From: Macrostomum lignano
Lineage: Eukaryota
Assembly: GCA_002269645.1 (NCBI GenBank)
Contig: NIVC01002329.1
Location: forward strand, 1-64,000
DNA length: 64,000 bases
Direction of reading: 5' to 3'
How positions within the stretch are numbered: position 1 is the first letter of the stretch; each line of letters opens with the position of its first letter. Made by a program: the position numbers and the translations under genes. Under the pieces are notes generated by a model. It saw nothing but the letters and a program-made list of their open reading frames with translations, ran no database searches and was not told where the DNA came from. This document shows, piece by piece, positions 25,201 to 38,738 of this stretch.

Positions 25201-25989
25201 TCAAAGTCTCCGTCTCAACCAACGCCGAGACGTGGACACCGACAAGACAGCAGACGAACGAGAGCGTCGGGACCGAGGCCCCCTGTCCCACACTGCGCCA
25301 GAGGCAGCTTCAACTAGAGGAAGGTGGCGACGTTTCTCACTTTGCAGGGTCTGCTGAGGTCAGCGGGGTTGGAATCATGCAGGATAGTTGTGGATGGACT
25401 GTGGCCAGGAAGTTCCATAGGCGTCCAACCGCTGCTTTGCCTGTAAACCCCAATATATAACTAACACAGCCGTCTGTGTATTTGCTTCACAACAGTGCTT
25501 GCACCGCTGTCTGTCTTTATAATTGGTCGGGCGGAAAACAGCTTTAAAAAGGAATCTGAAGGCGGGGGGTTTCCGAGAGATGCCTTTTTTTCACGCCGAT
25601 GACTCATCAATTCGGAATTAAACAGAGAAACTTTCTCTCGGTCGCGTAGTATAGTAGTATATCGTCAATCTTTGCAACGGTGTGTGTGCGTTTGGCGATA
25701 AGTCCTGGCTTTTGACTGATGGAGCCACAGTTCACTTCGGGGCTATTCTTAACTAACTGCGCATTTCAACTACCCCCCTTGCCACTTTCATTTGGCTGGC
25801 TCAGGTTTTGCTAATGGCCTTAGCAAATCATGGTTGGGACTTTTTCTATCATCTTGTTGTCTCCTAGCGTGGGAACCGAGACTGGGAGTGGGATGGGTGC
25901 GAAATTAAAGTTCTTTTTTATTTTTTAAACGACTTTTTTAGAATTAGGAAGAATCCAAGATTGCAAACAAATCATTTAAAATCCCATTG

Positions 25990-26670
25990 AATTAGAATCC
26001 TGTACATGTACATGGGATCAAAATCCTGTAGGTGTGTATGGGATCAGAATCCTGTAGATGTGGATGGGATCAGAATCATGTACATGTACATGGGATCAGA
26101 ATCCCGTATATGACATGGGATCATAATCCTGTACATGTACATGGGATCAAAATCCTGTAGGTGTGTATGGGATCAGAATCCTGTAGATGTGGATGGGATC
26201 AGAATCATGTACATGTACATGGGATCAGAATCCCGTATATGACATGGGATCATAATCCTGTACATGTACATGGGATCAAAATCCTGTAGGTGTGTATGGG
26301 ATCAGAATCCTGTAGATGTGGATGGGATCAGAATCATGTACATGTACATGGGATCAGAATCCCGTATATGACATGGGATCATAATCCTGTACATGTACAT
26401 GGGATCAAATCCTGTAGGTGTGTATGGGATCAGAATCCTGTAGATGTGGATTGGATCAGAATCATGTACATGTACATGGGATCAGAATCCCGTATATGAC
26501 ATGGGATCAGAATCCTGTACATGTACATGCGATCAGAATCCTGTACATGTACATGCGATCAGAATCCTGTACATGAACAAGGGATCAGAATCCTGTACAT
26601 ATACATGGGATCAGAATCCTGTACATGTACATGGGATCAGAATCCTGTAGATTTGTAATGGGATCAGACT
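25990..26670. repeat. 26-bp minisatellite (TGGGATCAGAATCCTGTACATGTACA) with 129-bp higher-order repeat
   Basis: Marker CCCGTATATGAC recurs at 26103, 26232 and 26361 (period 129). Confidence 0.93.
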
Positions 26671-27298
26671 CCTATATATATGAATAGGGCCATGTATTAC
26701 GAGCGTATATTCATGGATGGTTTCAATGCATATAAGCCTGGTGTTCTATACTGTTAAATATGCTATGCAGCACTGCACTGGCAATGGACTTTGAGTAGCG
26801 CATGGTAAATCCCATGGTATCCAGGCGGCACTTTATGACCCGCTTTAATAAGGTCCGGCTGAGGTCAGGTTGAGGTCGTTTCTATCCACTGGTGCAGTAG
26901 TCTCCTCCCCCCCCCTGCTGGGGCTGCTTGGGAGTCTGCCCCGCTTCTGCTGCTCGATTTTTGATCCTATTTCTCAGTATGTGAAGCTGTAGTCTAACAT
27001 GCCGCCTTTCCTACTTTGTTCACAAATACGAACAAGTTCGTTTTTCTTTTGAGTTTGCTATAAAGGATGTGAGAAGTCGGATTAACAAGCTAGTTTAATG
27101 CCTAGTTTATACTCGTACGAGCGTAGAGAGGTACGAACGTGTTGTGGAGGGAACTTCATTAAGAGGAAGATTTCTAGTTAATTAGTGTACGCTCTCCTCT
27201 CAAGATTAGAAATATACAAGCTGATTTTGCTACTTATGTACCATTGTAATCAGTAGTGCGCGCAGTTTGTAGACACACTTTTACTCTATTTCATACAG

Positions 27299-27550
27299 CG
27301 CAAAGACTCTGAAGATCTGGGCCAGCAGCGCCGCACCCCGCGCAAGCACACCCGGACAATTGAGGACGGTGCGCTGGACGATATAATGTCTGATTTTAGC
27401 CGCGGCGCCCTACTTGTGGACGACGGTCTTCGACGGAAGCGCAAGACTGCGCGCGATCGACTGCCGCAAATCAGGAGTAGCGCCGGTGCCGGCGCTGCCG
27501 CGGGAGCGGCCGCTATTGCTGCCATCACCGCTGGATCGACGGCTAGCTAA
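27299..27550 (+). CDS. Formin exon 6 (DAD plus basic tail, stop)
   Basis: Acceptor tcatacAG, phase 0; RKDSEDLG...IEDGALDDIMSDF...LRRKRK resembles the FMNL DAD (DGAIEDII). TAA at 27548-27550. Joined CDS is 3219 nt = 1072 aa. This exon is absent from the ORF track. Confidence 0.85.
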   Translation, partial: RKDSEDLGQQRRTPRKHTRTIEDGALDDIMSDFSRGALLVDDGLRRKRKTARDRLPQIRSSAGAGAAAGAAAIAAITAGSTAS

Positions 27551-27619
27551 GGAACAGCGCTTGTAAGAATTCGGCGCTTTCTGGATTGGGCTTTGCATAG
27601 TTGGTTTTGCCTCCGCCAA

Positions 27620-27890
27620 GCCCCTCTCACTCCCATAATAGCCGTCTGTGTGCGTACATTTGCCTCCGCTAGCCCCCTCTCACTCCCATAATAGCCGTCT
27701 GTGTACATTCGCCTCCGCCAGCCCCTCTCACTCCCATAATAGCCGGCTGTGTACGTTCGCCTCCGCCAGCCCCTCCCCACTCACTCAAATAATAGCTGGG
27801 TGTGTATATTCGCCTCCGCCAGCCCCTCCCCACTCACTCCAATAATAGCTGGGTGCGTTCATTCGCCTCCGCCAGCCCCTCCTCACTATT
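27620..27890. repeat. About 47-bp tandem repeat (TTCGCCTCCGCCAGCCCCTC...) just downstream of the formin stop
   Basis: 5-6 diverged copies visible. Confidence 0.85.
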
Positions 27891-30093
27891 TGTTTTCAAC
27901 ACATCACTTTTTAGAGGCGGCACTGTTAAAACTATTAAACAAATTACAGATCTCGGTGTCTCGTGCTGTTTAAACACAACTTAGGACGAATTTTGTGATT
28001 CCATCAAACATTTTATCAGAATTAACAAAAACAAATTTTTGCATTGTATTCTTTGCTGCTCTATCTATTTATTCTGAAATAGTGCGTAGATATGTCTAGT
28101 TTTGTGATGCAAAAGTCTAATATTCCCCTAGTAGCAGGTGTTCCCCTTTTTGGTATCGTTTCTACTGCTGCAGCTGAGCTTTTTTCGTTTATTTTTTAAT
28201 TTAATCGTCCGTATTTTGTTTTTGGAAGTTTTCATTGTGCTTAATTATACATTGTGTTCATTTTTTATACTTGTGTAAGTAGTAAATATTGCTTTTATGC
28301 CGAATTTATTACATAGTTAGCAACTTTTTTTCAATTTTTACGTTACATTAGTAGGTCTACATGCCCGCTCCCGATGCCGAGTCAAGGCTAAGCAATCAAT
28401 GCTTACATGATTTTTTCTCTTACTATTGCTGCTAATAATAATATATTAAATATCTAGTCTGTGCTTTTCGCTTTTGGGGCAATGCTTACTCTGTGTATAG
28501 CGCATTTTCTTAATGAATTTCTTGAACTTTGCAAGTATCTCAATAAGCCGTCTGGTCTGGAATGCACGTTTATTGCTTCCGTAATTAGTCCTAATATGCT
28601 ATAATTCATTTGTTATTTTATTTACTGACATTTTTACAATGCATGGCAATCGATCTTTGTAAGAAGTCGATCGCTGATTGGCTGGCTGTCCTTCCAGGCA
28701 CCCACCTCACTCCTCCGCCCTTCGCGCCTTCGCTTGGCTCTGATTGGCTCGAATTTAAACATATTTTTTTGGTCCAAACTTAGCCCTTTGAAAACGTTAC
28801 TGAAACAAAAATCGCTACTAAAGAGTCATTGCGACTCATTGCGCCTCTGGGGCGACTCTTGTGACTTTTTAACGACTCACACGACCGCAATGCGACTGAA
28901 AGACGACTGTTGAGTCACGAGCGCATCGCGGGAGTTATTGCAGAATCGTAACAGTCGCAAAAAATCTTCCAAGAGTCAATGTACGCTCGTATTAGCGCTG
29001 AACTTTCTACTAACTCAGTAGACTGAATGGAGTTTTTGTAAATGCAAAATGCGATTCTAATTTCATAAAGTGACGCAGATGCGCTTCAGACATAACTCAG
29101 TGACTCTGCAGCGGCTCTGGCACACCTCAGATACGCCTCTACGGCCCCAGAGTTGATTCAGAGCCGCAGACAATAAAACGCCTCAAATTGGCTCTTAGGC
29201 GACTTGTACCGACCGTGACATCTCGTCGTTTTAGAGTCGTCTAGAGCCACTTTTTTCCTATTATACTTATCACAGTATAGGAAAATAAAAATTGCGCTGT
29301 ATAAATTTTGTCTTTTTGTCTTCTAAAAACTCGAAAATACAACTGCTTGCCTGTTATTTGTTGTTAGTAATAAGGTTTACTATAAATAGGATATTCTATG
29401 TTGTGTTTTCATATCTGTATCGATATGTTTTGCAGTCAAAAAATAGTTTTTGTGTCGTATTAAAAGCGTTTTGGTTTTTTAATCTAATTTCAGAATCTGT
29501 TTTTATTACTGAACTATACATAACATGCATGTATATGCTGCTTGATAGTTTCCTTGTTAGCTGTTCTGTCTGCCTATTGGTTCGTTAACAATACACCCTT
29601 AGCACTGGCTTTTACGTCGTTTTGATTATCGCGTTGCCATCAAAATTGAATTGTTCAATTGTGTGCAACCTGAAAATCGCGTATGTACATCGCTTTTGTG
29701 TACATTCTACGAGCGTATTTGTTTCTACTATCTTTTACAATATTTGAAATGAAGAGTTTTTTAGGCTAGCCCGCGGCTTTGCCGCCGAGTAGAAATGGAA
29801 ATCCTGCGGAATTTCCGTGGATTTCCCTCTATTATTGGAACATGGATCTTAACATGGAACCGAATTTTTTTGTGCTAGTGAGGCATTACAAATAGCTAGA
29901 ATACTAAGAAATTGAAAGCCAAAGACGAGTATTGGACTTTGAGTTATGTTTGATACGCCACCCAATGGTATATTTACAATGTGGCAAATAATTTATGACT
30001 CGTAATTTCACAGAAAATTGCAACGTATGATTTTTAGTCGCGGTATGGTATTTTTTGGGTTTTGAGCTACCAGTATACTCGTATAAGCCAGTC

Positions 30094-30788
30094 TCAGCCG
30101 AGTATGTCGGCTGCATTCTGTGCACTGTTGGTGACCCGCACCCCAACAGCTGAAGACTGCGCCTGCGGTTGCTCGTCTGACTCCTGCTCTACCGCCGTCC
30201 CCTGCTCGGCCGCGTTGTCCAGCATCTGCTTGCGCGGATCTTCATCTCCTCCAAACTTTGGCGTCGTTTTGTGCCTCTCAACGCAGAGCCACCAGATGGC
30301 CAGACAGGAGAATCCGATGACCCCTACGCTCAGGCCGATGGCCAGGCCGATCCACTTTTCTGGTGATGACGATGCTTCAGCTTCGAACGTTTTAGTCGGC
30401 TTGACTGTTTTGCCAGCTGTCGAAGTTATTGGTATTTTTGTCGGCGTTGGTTTTGGTATCGGCGCTGGTGTTGACGCTGTTGAAGTTTTGGTTAATGATG
30501 ATGGCTTGACATCGCCGGCGACAACGCGCGCCTTGATGGGCTCCGGGCAGTACTTCAGCTGCTTGAGGCAGTTGTACAGCTCAATATAGAATTTCTCGGT
30601 GTTGTTACGGCTCGTATTTGGGCAAAGCTTGCAGATGCAGAACGGCCCCGGGTACTGATGCGGCTGTCCCGGAGCGGCAGTGGGGCACGCGTTCGGGTCG
30701 CAGCTGGTCCCGATGTAGTCTGACAGGCCTGACAAGCCAGAGCAAGCAGGTGGTTTCGCAGTTGACAGGCGCAGAGGCACTGCGACAC
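30094..30788 (-). CDS. Type-I membrane protein exon 2 (8-Cys ectodomain, Thr/Pro stalk, TM helix, acidic tail)
   Basis: ORF 30094-30840; acceptor tcgccAG|GT, phase 1; TM WIGLAIGLSVGVIGFSCLAIWWLC; N-glycosylation sequons NTS and NNT. An alternative in-phase acceptor 39 nt upstream cannot be excluded. Confidence 0.75.
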
Positions 30789-31010
30789 CTGGCGATATCG
30801 TTGAAAAATCGTTGAGGTTTAGAAGCACTAAGTTTTGCAAAATTTTAATTTGAGCTTTAGTAGTTTAATAGACACTATTAGCACACAATACGAGTAAAAC
30901 TGACTGAAAACTTGACAAGAACGCTTATCCCAAGGAATCTAGAATTTGTGAATATTGGTGTTCTATTCGAAGTTTCAATTAAGTATATAAATACGTACTT
31001 TAATACTCAC

Positions 31011-31056
31011 CAAATGACAAGAGAACAGATAGTATAAAAATAATGTCTCTGGCCAT
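31011..31056 (-). CDS. Type-I membrane protein exon 1 (signal peptide MARDIIFILSVLLSFG)
   Basis: ATG in ccATGg context, hydrophobic stretch, donor G|GTGAGT. Phase 1 fits exon 2, giving 246 aa. Confidence 0.7.
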
Positions 31057-31469
31057 GGTATGAGCGTATAAGATGTAGATTATTACAAGAAATTTTCTAT
31101 GCTACTGAGACTGACGTTGGCTTGAGGCATCAACCTGGAGCCATGTGACTCAGCTTCTACCAGTAATATAGGCTCAGTGCATACTATAATTAGGCTGTCA
31201 TGCACAAACGCTGAGACAATAGGCAAGTGTACAAACACATACTGCGCACACTTCCAAGAAAATGAATTAAAGCATTTCAGCTGACGGTTTAAACGTCCGC
31301 TGGATATGCATCAAAATCCACGTGAATAGCATCACATGACAAACCCGGCCCCTTATCACCTGACTGCTGTGTAGTGTGTACACTAATAGAAGCATACCTT
31401 TCTGGTATAGAAACAAATATTCCTTATCTTTCATTCTGAAACGAATATGCAGTCATACCAGTTTCTGTG

Positions 31470-32662
31470 AGACGTGTGAAGAAACTTCACAGACTCAAAA
31501 CTTCACAAGCTCGAAACTTCACAGACTCAAAACTTCACAAGCTCAAAACTTCACAGACTCAAAACTTCACAAGCTCGAAACTTCACAGACTCAAAACTTC
31601 ACAAGCTCGAAACTTCACAGACTCAAAACTTCACAAGCTCGAAACTTCACAGACTCAAAACTTCACAAGCTCGAAACTTCACAAACTCAAAACTTCACAA
31701 GCTCGAAACTTCACAAACTCAAAACTTCACAAGCTCGAAACTTCACAGACTCAAAACTTCACAAGCTCGAAACTTCACAGACTTAAAACTTCACAAGCTC
31801 GAAACTTCACAGACTCAAAACTTCACAAGCTCGAAACTTCACAAACTCAAAACTTCACAAGCTCGAAACTTCACAGACTCAAAACTTCACAAGCTCGAAA
31901 CTTCACAGACTCAAAACTTCACAAGCTCGAAACTTCACAGACTCAAAACTTCACAAGCTCGAAACTTCACAGACTCAAAACTTCACAAGCTCGAAACTTC
32001 ACAGACTTAAAACTTCACAAGCTCGAAACTTCACAGACTCAAAACTTCACAAGCTCGAAACTTCACAAACTCAAAACTTCACAAGCTCGAAACTTCACAG
32101 ACTCAAAACTTCACAAGCTCAAAACTTCACAGACTCAAAACTTCACAAGCTCGAAACTTCACAGACTCAAAACTTCACAAGCTCGAAACTTCACAGACCC
32201 AAAACTTCACAAGCTCGAAACTTCACAGACTCAAAACTTCACAAGCTCAAAACTTCACAAACTCAAAACTTCACAAGCTCGAAACTTCACAGACTCAAAA
32301 CTTCACAAGCTCGAAACTTCACAGACTCAAAACTTCACAAGCTCGAAACTTCACAGACCCAAAACTTCACTAGCTCGAAAATTCACAGACCCTACATCCT
32401 ACCACCGGCTCGAAAATTCACAGACCCTACATCCTACCACCGGCTCGAAAATTCACAGACCCTACATCCTACCACCAGCTCGAAAATTCACAGACCCTAC
32501 ATCCTACCACCGGCTCGAAAATTCACAGACCCTACATCCTACCACCGGCTCCTACATCCTGCCTGTGAATTTTCGAGCTTGTGAAGTTTCGAGCTCGTGA
32601 AGTTTTGAGCCTGTGAAGTTTCGAGTCTGCATGTGAAGCTTCGAGGTTGTGAAGCTTCGAGC
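31470..32662. repeat. 16-bp minisatellite (AAACTTCACAAGCTCG / AAACTTCACAGACTCA), a longer-unit spacer array, then an inverted block of the 16-mer
   Basis: Direct array 31470-32370; spacer 32380-32560; reverse-complement units CGAGCTTGTGAAGTTT at 32562-32662. Confidence 0.93.
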
Positions 32663-33929
32663 TACATGCTAGTCTACATACAGATTTAGGATTTTGGACT
32701 CAAATCGGATCATTTGCTCGCGATCAGCCAAGCGTTCAGCTCGGCCTTATCCAAGCGAAATTGAATTTCCTTCGTCCAAGCAATTCCATAATCCCCTAAC
32801 AGGCGGCATATAGCTGGATATTTGTCAAAAATATCAGCCTCATTTTCAGCTTCACAACCGTTTGAACTGCCCGTCAGTCTCTCCCATTCCATTGGGACTC
32901 AAGCGACCCAGACTCACCCGTCAGTTTCATTGACCATTCTCTTCTTTGTTCCCCGGCGACTTGCTAATCCCGCCGCCTTATTTTTTGCGCCGTCGCTAAC
33001 GGTCTGTGGAGCGATTCGAAACTGTTCCAGCTCCATCCGACACTCCATCCCAGCCCCGCAAGTCTCCCCAGGCTCTCTTCTCCATCACTTGGCCCGACTT
33101 GGAAACGGATTAGGACCATAATTTGGCCACTCGAGAATAAGGCGAACAGAACAGAACGGATTTCTCCCCCCCCCCGTTTCCGAAGCGCCTCCCCGACATT
33201 GACACTAGATTGGAGATGGTCCTAGTCGGAGCCACGGAGCTCTAGATAGTAGCATCTGAATTGGAAACTGGACTTTCATGCCCCTTGTACATCGATTATT
33301 ATTAGTTTAGCTTACATTCCATAAATTTGTTCAATAAAATTTCAAACAAAACTTACAAAATCGTAAAAAAAATAATATACTATTATTGTCGGGGGCGGAA
33401 AAAGTCCTTGACGATAATTTAGCGCCGCAAGCGAGGTTTTTCCATGAACCATCGCTACTCCTTTTCTCACCAAGGGGGGGGGCAGCAGACCTCCTTTGAC
33501 CTCCCCAGGATAATCCCCTCTGCCCTTGTTCCGCGGTGCCTGAGGGTAGGAAAAGTAGGATTTCGGCCAGATAGCTAAGCCCAGAGGTCCATGACGGTGT
33601 CGAATATTGAACAGGCAGCCCGTCTCTCGCTCCCCCATACTGAGCAGCTCCGCATATGGGAAAAGTGAACGATTTCTTCTGCCTTGGATCAATGCAGCGC
33701 TTTTATGCCGGCCGGAGCCGCTCATCATGTGACAATTAGTTCAGCAGCTGGAATCTTATTGATGCATCATAAATGATATTGCTGCTAACTGATGGGGTGT
33801 GAGTTTGTGAAGTGAATGGACCGCAAAATGAATTGAAAGACCCTATCATTATAAGGAAAGGCTGCTACAGAAATATTTGATTATGGGAAACTTATATAGT
33901 CTATGGCGGCTACTATAGACTGCGGCAGA

Positions 33930-34460
33930 CTAATACAGACTAACACAGGCTAATACAGACTAAATACAGGCTAATACAGACTAAATACAGGCTCAATACA
34001 GACTAATACAGGCTACAGTAAGCAAAAACTGGCTATAGAGAGGCTAATACAGGCTCAATACAGACTAATACAGGCTACAGTAAGCAAAAACTGGCTATAG
34101 AAAGGCTAATACAGGCTCAATACAGACTAATACAGGCTAATACAGACTAAATACAGGCTAATACAGACTAAATACAGACTCAATACAGACTAATACAGTC
34201 TACAGTAAGCAAAAACTGGCTATAGAAAGGCTAATACAGGCTCAATACAGACTAATACAGGCTACAGTAAGCAAAAACTGGCTATAGAAAGGCTAATACA
34301 GGCTCAATACAGACTAATACAGGCTACAGTAAGCAAAAACTGGCTATAGAGAGGCTAATACAGACTAAATACAGACTCAATACAGACTAATACAGTCTAC
34401 AGTAAGCAAAAACTGGCTATAGAAAGGCTAATACAGACTCAATACAGATTATTGCAGCCT
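33930..34460. repeat. Composite short-unit repeat (CTAATACAGACT / GGCTACAGTAAGCAAAAACTGGCTATAGA)
   Basis: Directly visible. Confidence 0.88.
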
Positions 34461-35039
34461 TACAGCAGGCAAGCACAGCCTAATACTGCAAGTAGAACAA
34501 GCTCTGGAAGGCTAAAAAGGACATTCAAGCAAAAGTTCTACAGACGAAAACAGACTGAAACAGGCTGAAGTTTCAGGCTACCATAGGCATCACTCGATCA
34601 AGTTACACAGTTACAGATTATACCGAGTTATTACAGGCCTCTCGAACACTATAAGCTATAATAAGAGTCGATTTTTTAGACCGAATTCTGCACCAAGGCC
34701 TTACTCATCTCATGCTCACGAACCAGACACTGGCGCAGGAAAATGAGACAGTGGCGTGTTGCTAAGATAAAGGGAGAGGCGATGAGAGCCGATAAGAATA
34801 ATTCTGTCTTCCATCACTGTTTTTCCTGTCTTTTTTGTCCCAAGTGGCACGTCAAGTCTTATTTTGACGAAGCCGAAAAAAGCAGAATGTCTTTGAGCTT
34901 CGCATGCAGGATCAAGGAGGTCTAGAAACAGAATCTGGCGATGGAATTGACGACGTAGTGAAAACCTCTGAATCTCTGGCGTCCTTCAGCACAAAATGAA
35001 ATGTGGGCTTTTAACGTACTTTTTGATCGAAGAGGGAAT

Positions 35040-36240
35040 CACAGCAGCAAAAGCAAACAACAGCAGCGAGAGCAACAACAGTAGTAGCAAAAAACAACAA
35101 CAACAGCAGTAGCAAAAGAAACACCTAAAACAACAACAACAGTAGTAGCAAAAACAACAACAGCAGTAGCAAAAGCAACAACAGCAGTAGCAAAAGCAAC
35201 AACAGCAGTAGCAAAAACAACAACAGCAGTAGCAAAAACAACAACAGCAGTAGCAAAAGCAACAACAGCAGTAGCAAAAGCAACAACAGCAGTAGCAAAA
35301 GCAACAACAGCAGTAGCAAAAGCAACAACAGTAGTAGCAAAAACAACAACAGCAGTAGCAAAAACAACAACAGCAGTAGCAAAAGCAACAACAGCAGTAG
35401 CAAAAGCAACAACAGCAGTAGCAAAAGCAACAACAGCAGTAGCAAAAGCAACAACAGTAGTAGCAAAAACAACAACAGCAGTAGCAAAAACAACAACAGC
35501 AGTAGCAAAAGCAACAACAGCAGTAGCAAAAGCAACAACAGCAGTAGCAAAAGCAACAACAGCAGTAGCAAAAGCAACAACAGTAGTAGCAAAAACAACA
35601 ACAGCAGTAGCAAAAGCAACAACAGCAGTAGCAAAAACAACAACAGCAGTAGCAAAAGAAACACCTAAAACAACAACAACAGCAATAACAAAAGCATCAA
35701 CAGCAGTAGCAAAAGCAACAACAGCAGTAGCAAAAGCAACAACAGCAGTAGCAAAAGCAACAACAGCAGTAGCAAAAGCAACAACAGCAGTAGCAAAAGC
35801 AACAACAGCAGTAGCAAAAGCAACAACAGCAGTAGCAAAAGCAACAACAGCAGTAGCAAAAGCAACAACAGCAGTAGCAAAAACAACAACAGCAGTAGCA
35901 AAAGAAACACCTAAAACAACAACAACAGCAATAACAAAAGCAACAACAGCAGTAGCAAAAGCAACAACAGCAGTAGCAAAAGCAACAACAGCAGTAGCAA
36001 AAGCAACAACAGCAGTAGCAAAAGCAACAACAGCAGTAGCAAAAGCAACAACAGCAGTAGCAAAAGCAACAACAGCAGTAGCAAAAGCAACAACAGCAGT
36101 AGCAAAAGCAACAACAGCAGTAGCAAAAGCAACAACAGCAGTAGCAAAAGCAACAACAGCAGTAGCAAAAACAACAACAGCAGTAGCAACAGCAACATCG
36201 GCAGTAGAAAAAACAACAATAGCTAAAGCAACAACACAGC
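35040..36240. repeat. 21-bp triplet-derived minisatellite AGCAGTAGCAAAAGCAACAAC
   Basis: Directly visible; gives the poly-Leu and poly-Cys pseudo-ORFs. Confidence 0.96.
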
Positions 36241-36939
36241 AATTTTCTTGAACTTCCTATCCCCATTTTATGAAAAACTATCAAAGCATTTAGCTCGTAG
36301 ATAGACTGCTAGCAGACTGTTGATTCCAGGATAATAAGTGAACAAGGATCAAACCAAAAATAGAAGTCCAGCGCCCACTCCAGATGTCTAGGCCTGGAAC
36401 TCCCAGGCAGACATGACCGGCGGAGTGCCAGGCGGGCCGGTCTCCGAGGCTTCAGCTCAAAAAGCCAATTAGCTGATTGATCCGACTCCTTCCCCAGGGG
36501 GATGCGGGGGGCCACTCGCTGGGAGTCGAGGACCGGGCCTGGGCGACATGGGATTTTCCTCTGCTCCTTCTCCGTTGTAAAATTGCTTTCGCGAAGGAAG
36601 ATAGGGAAATGTGGCGATGCGGAAGAAGATTGTAGGCATTTCTCTGTTTTAATATTGCTTCTTTTGCCTCTAGGAAGCAAGCGATGTTGGCTATCCTTTG
36701 AAGGTGACAAGTGCTTTAGAAACGCATATCTGATAGCTATATTAAAAACCCGATTAGAATCCTTCATTCATGTCGGGTCCATCTTGATACTTGTCAACCA
36801 AGTTTTGCAGCTCGAACTTGCCTCTCGTTTGACTCAGTTCCGACACAAATTTGATTAATTCTGACATACCTTACTCAACCCTTGCCGCACTTTTAGTCCA
36901 GCTTGTCACTTCTTACTCAATTTTATCACCCCCTACTCA

Positions 36940-37615
36940 GTTCAGACACGCCTCACTCAGTACAGTTCAGACACGCCTTACTCAGTTCAGACACGCCTTA
37001 CTCAGTTCAGACACGCCTTACTCAGTTCAGACACGCCTTACTCAGTTCAGACACGCCTTACTCAGTTCAGACACGCCTTACTCAGTTCAGACACGCCTTA
37101 CTCAGTTCAGACACGCCTTACTCAGTTCAGACACGCCTTACTCAGTTCAGACACGCCTTACTCAGTTCAGACACGCCTTACTCAGTTCAGACACGCCTTA
37201 CTCAGTTCAGACACGCCTTACTCAGTTCAGACACGCCTTACTCAGTTCAGACACGCCTTACTCAGTTCAGACACGCCTTAATCAGTTCAGACACGCCTTA
37301 CTCAGTTCAGACACGCCTTACTCAGTTCAGACACGCCTTACTCAGTTCAGACACGCCTTACTCAGTTCAGACACGCCTTAATCAGTTCAGACACGCCTTA
37401 CTCAGTTCAGACACGCCTTACTCAGTTCAGACACGCCTTACTCAGTTCAGACACGCCTTACTCAGTTCAGACACGCCTTACTCAGTTCAGACACGCCTTA
37501 CTCAGTTCAGACACGCCTTACTCAGTTCAGACACGCCTTACTCAGTTCAGACACGCCTTACTCAGTTCAGACACGCCTTACTCAGTTCAGACACGCCTTA
37601 CTCAGTTCAGACACA
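36940..37615. repeat. 20-bp minisatellite CTCAGTTCAGACACGCCTTA (about 33 nearly identical copies), 260 bp upstream of the GPCR ATG
   Basis: Directly visible. Confidence 0.97.
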
Positions 37616-37874
37616 TCTTACATTACTTGGCACACAAAATCTGTCAAAATTTGAGCGATTGGCCAGACTCGCAGGACAAAAGTTGTCCTCCAGGAGCCAA
37701 TGAGAGCCAACTGGGCGACTGTGAGGGTGCCAGCTGGGCGGAGAAACAGTTATTTGCCAGTGCAGAAAAGACGAAGGACGAGCTCGCAGGTTCGACAGCC
37801 AATTTGAGACGGGCAATCAGAGACAGACAGACAATCAGAGACCGACAATCAGAGACAGACAGGCACTCAGAGAC

Positions 37875-38729
37875 ATGCCGCTAGAGGAATCTCCACACGA
37901 GGCCCTCACGGATGAGCACCGCCTGCTGCACCACGCCACCGCCTTGTTGACCATCGGGGTCGAGGCGCTGCTGGTGCTGGGCAACCTCCTGCCGCCGCTC
38001 GTAGTTTTCCGAGCTAAATCGTCGGCCGAGCGGACCAACCTGGACCTGATCGTGGCCGCGCTCAGCGTCACGGACATCCTGTCGGTGCTGGTGCCGGAGC
38101 CGCCCTGGATCGTGGCTTATTTCCGCGGCACCTGGCAGCGAGACGCCCGAGCGTGCAACCTGCACCAGCTGACCGCGCTGTGGTTCCAGCTGGCCTCCAT
38201 GCTTATCGTGGTGCTGCTGGTGCTGGACCGGGCCCGCTGCGTCAGGCGGATGCTGGACGAGCCGATGCCGCTGCCGGTTGACACGAGGAACAGCGTCCTG
38301 CTCGGCTGCCTGCTGCTCACCTGCTACTGCCTGACGCTGCTCACCGCCACCCTGCCGCTGCTCGGATTCGCTCCGTCTGCCGTGGCCGAAAAATCCGGGC
38401 CTGACGGCGAGTTGGTCAGCGGCTTCTGCGTCTCCTGGCTGGCCAGGCAGCCGAACGGGTTCAGGGAATCTGTCTTCTTCGTGGTGTTCGCCAGCATTGC
38501 CGGCCTCTGCCTGGCCTGCGTGCTGAGCACCAACCTGGTGATCATCTGCCTGTGGCAGCGCAAGCAGGCCGCGGCGCAGAAGGCCGCCGAGCAGGACGAC
38601 GCGACAGCATCCGCTGCCGACCTGCTCATCGAGGAGGAGCAGTTTCTTGAGATGGGCCGTTTCATAGAGACCATGCGGGTCACCGCTCTGATCAGCCTGG
38701 TCTTCTGCTGCACCTGGATTCCCACACTG
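37875..38729 (+). CDS. Orphan class A (rhodopsin-like) GPCR exon 1, TM1-TM6
   Basis: GN (TM1), LSVTD (TM2), Cys before TM3, LDRA (DRY variant), LPLLG...FCVSW (ECL2 Cys), CTWIP (TM6). Donor CTG|GTGAGT, phase 0. Confidence 0.9.
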
Positions 38730-38738
38730 GTGAGTCGG

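Noticed and set aside
28650-29830. Palindrome-rich stretch, hairpin near 29255-29290 and a CCCGCGGCTTTGCC word suggesting a MITE or Helitron end
   Set aside because: Could not define paired termini, a TSD or a second copy in the window.
32690-36830. Short ORFs in the unique segments between arrays (32710-33728, 36309-36858)
   Set aside because: No domain similarity recognised and no splice-consistent model.
31467-37703. Long repetitive ORFs (KLHRLKTSQ..., poly-Leu, poly-Cys, SSDTPYSVQTR...)
   Set aside because: All coincide exactly with tandem arrays; no unique coding flanks or splice support.
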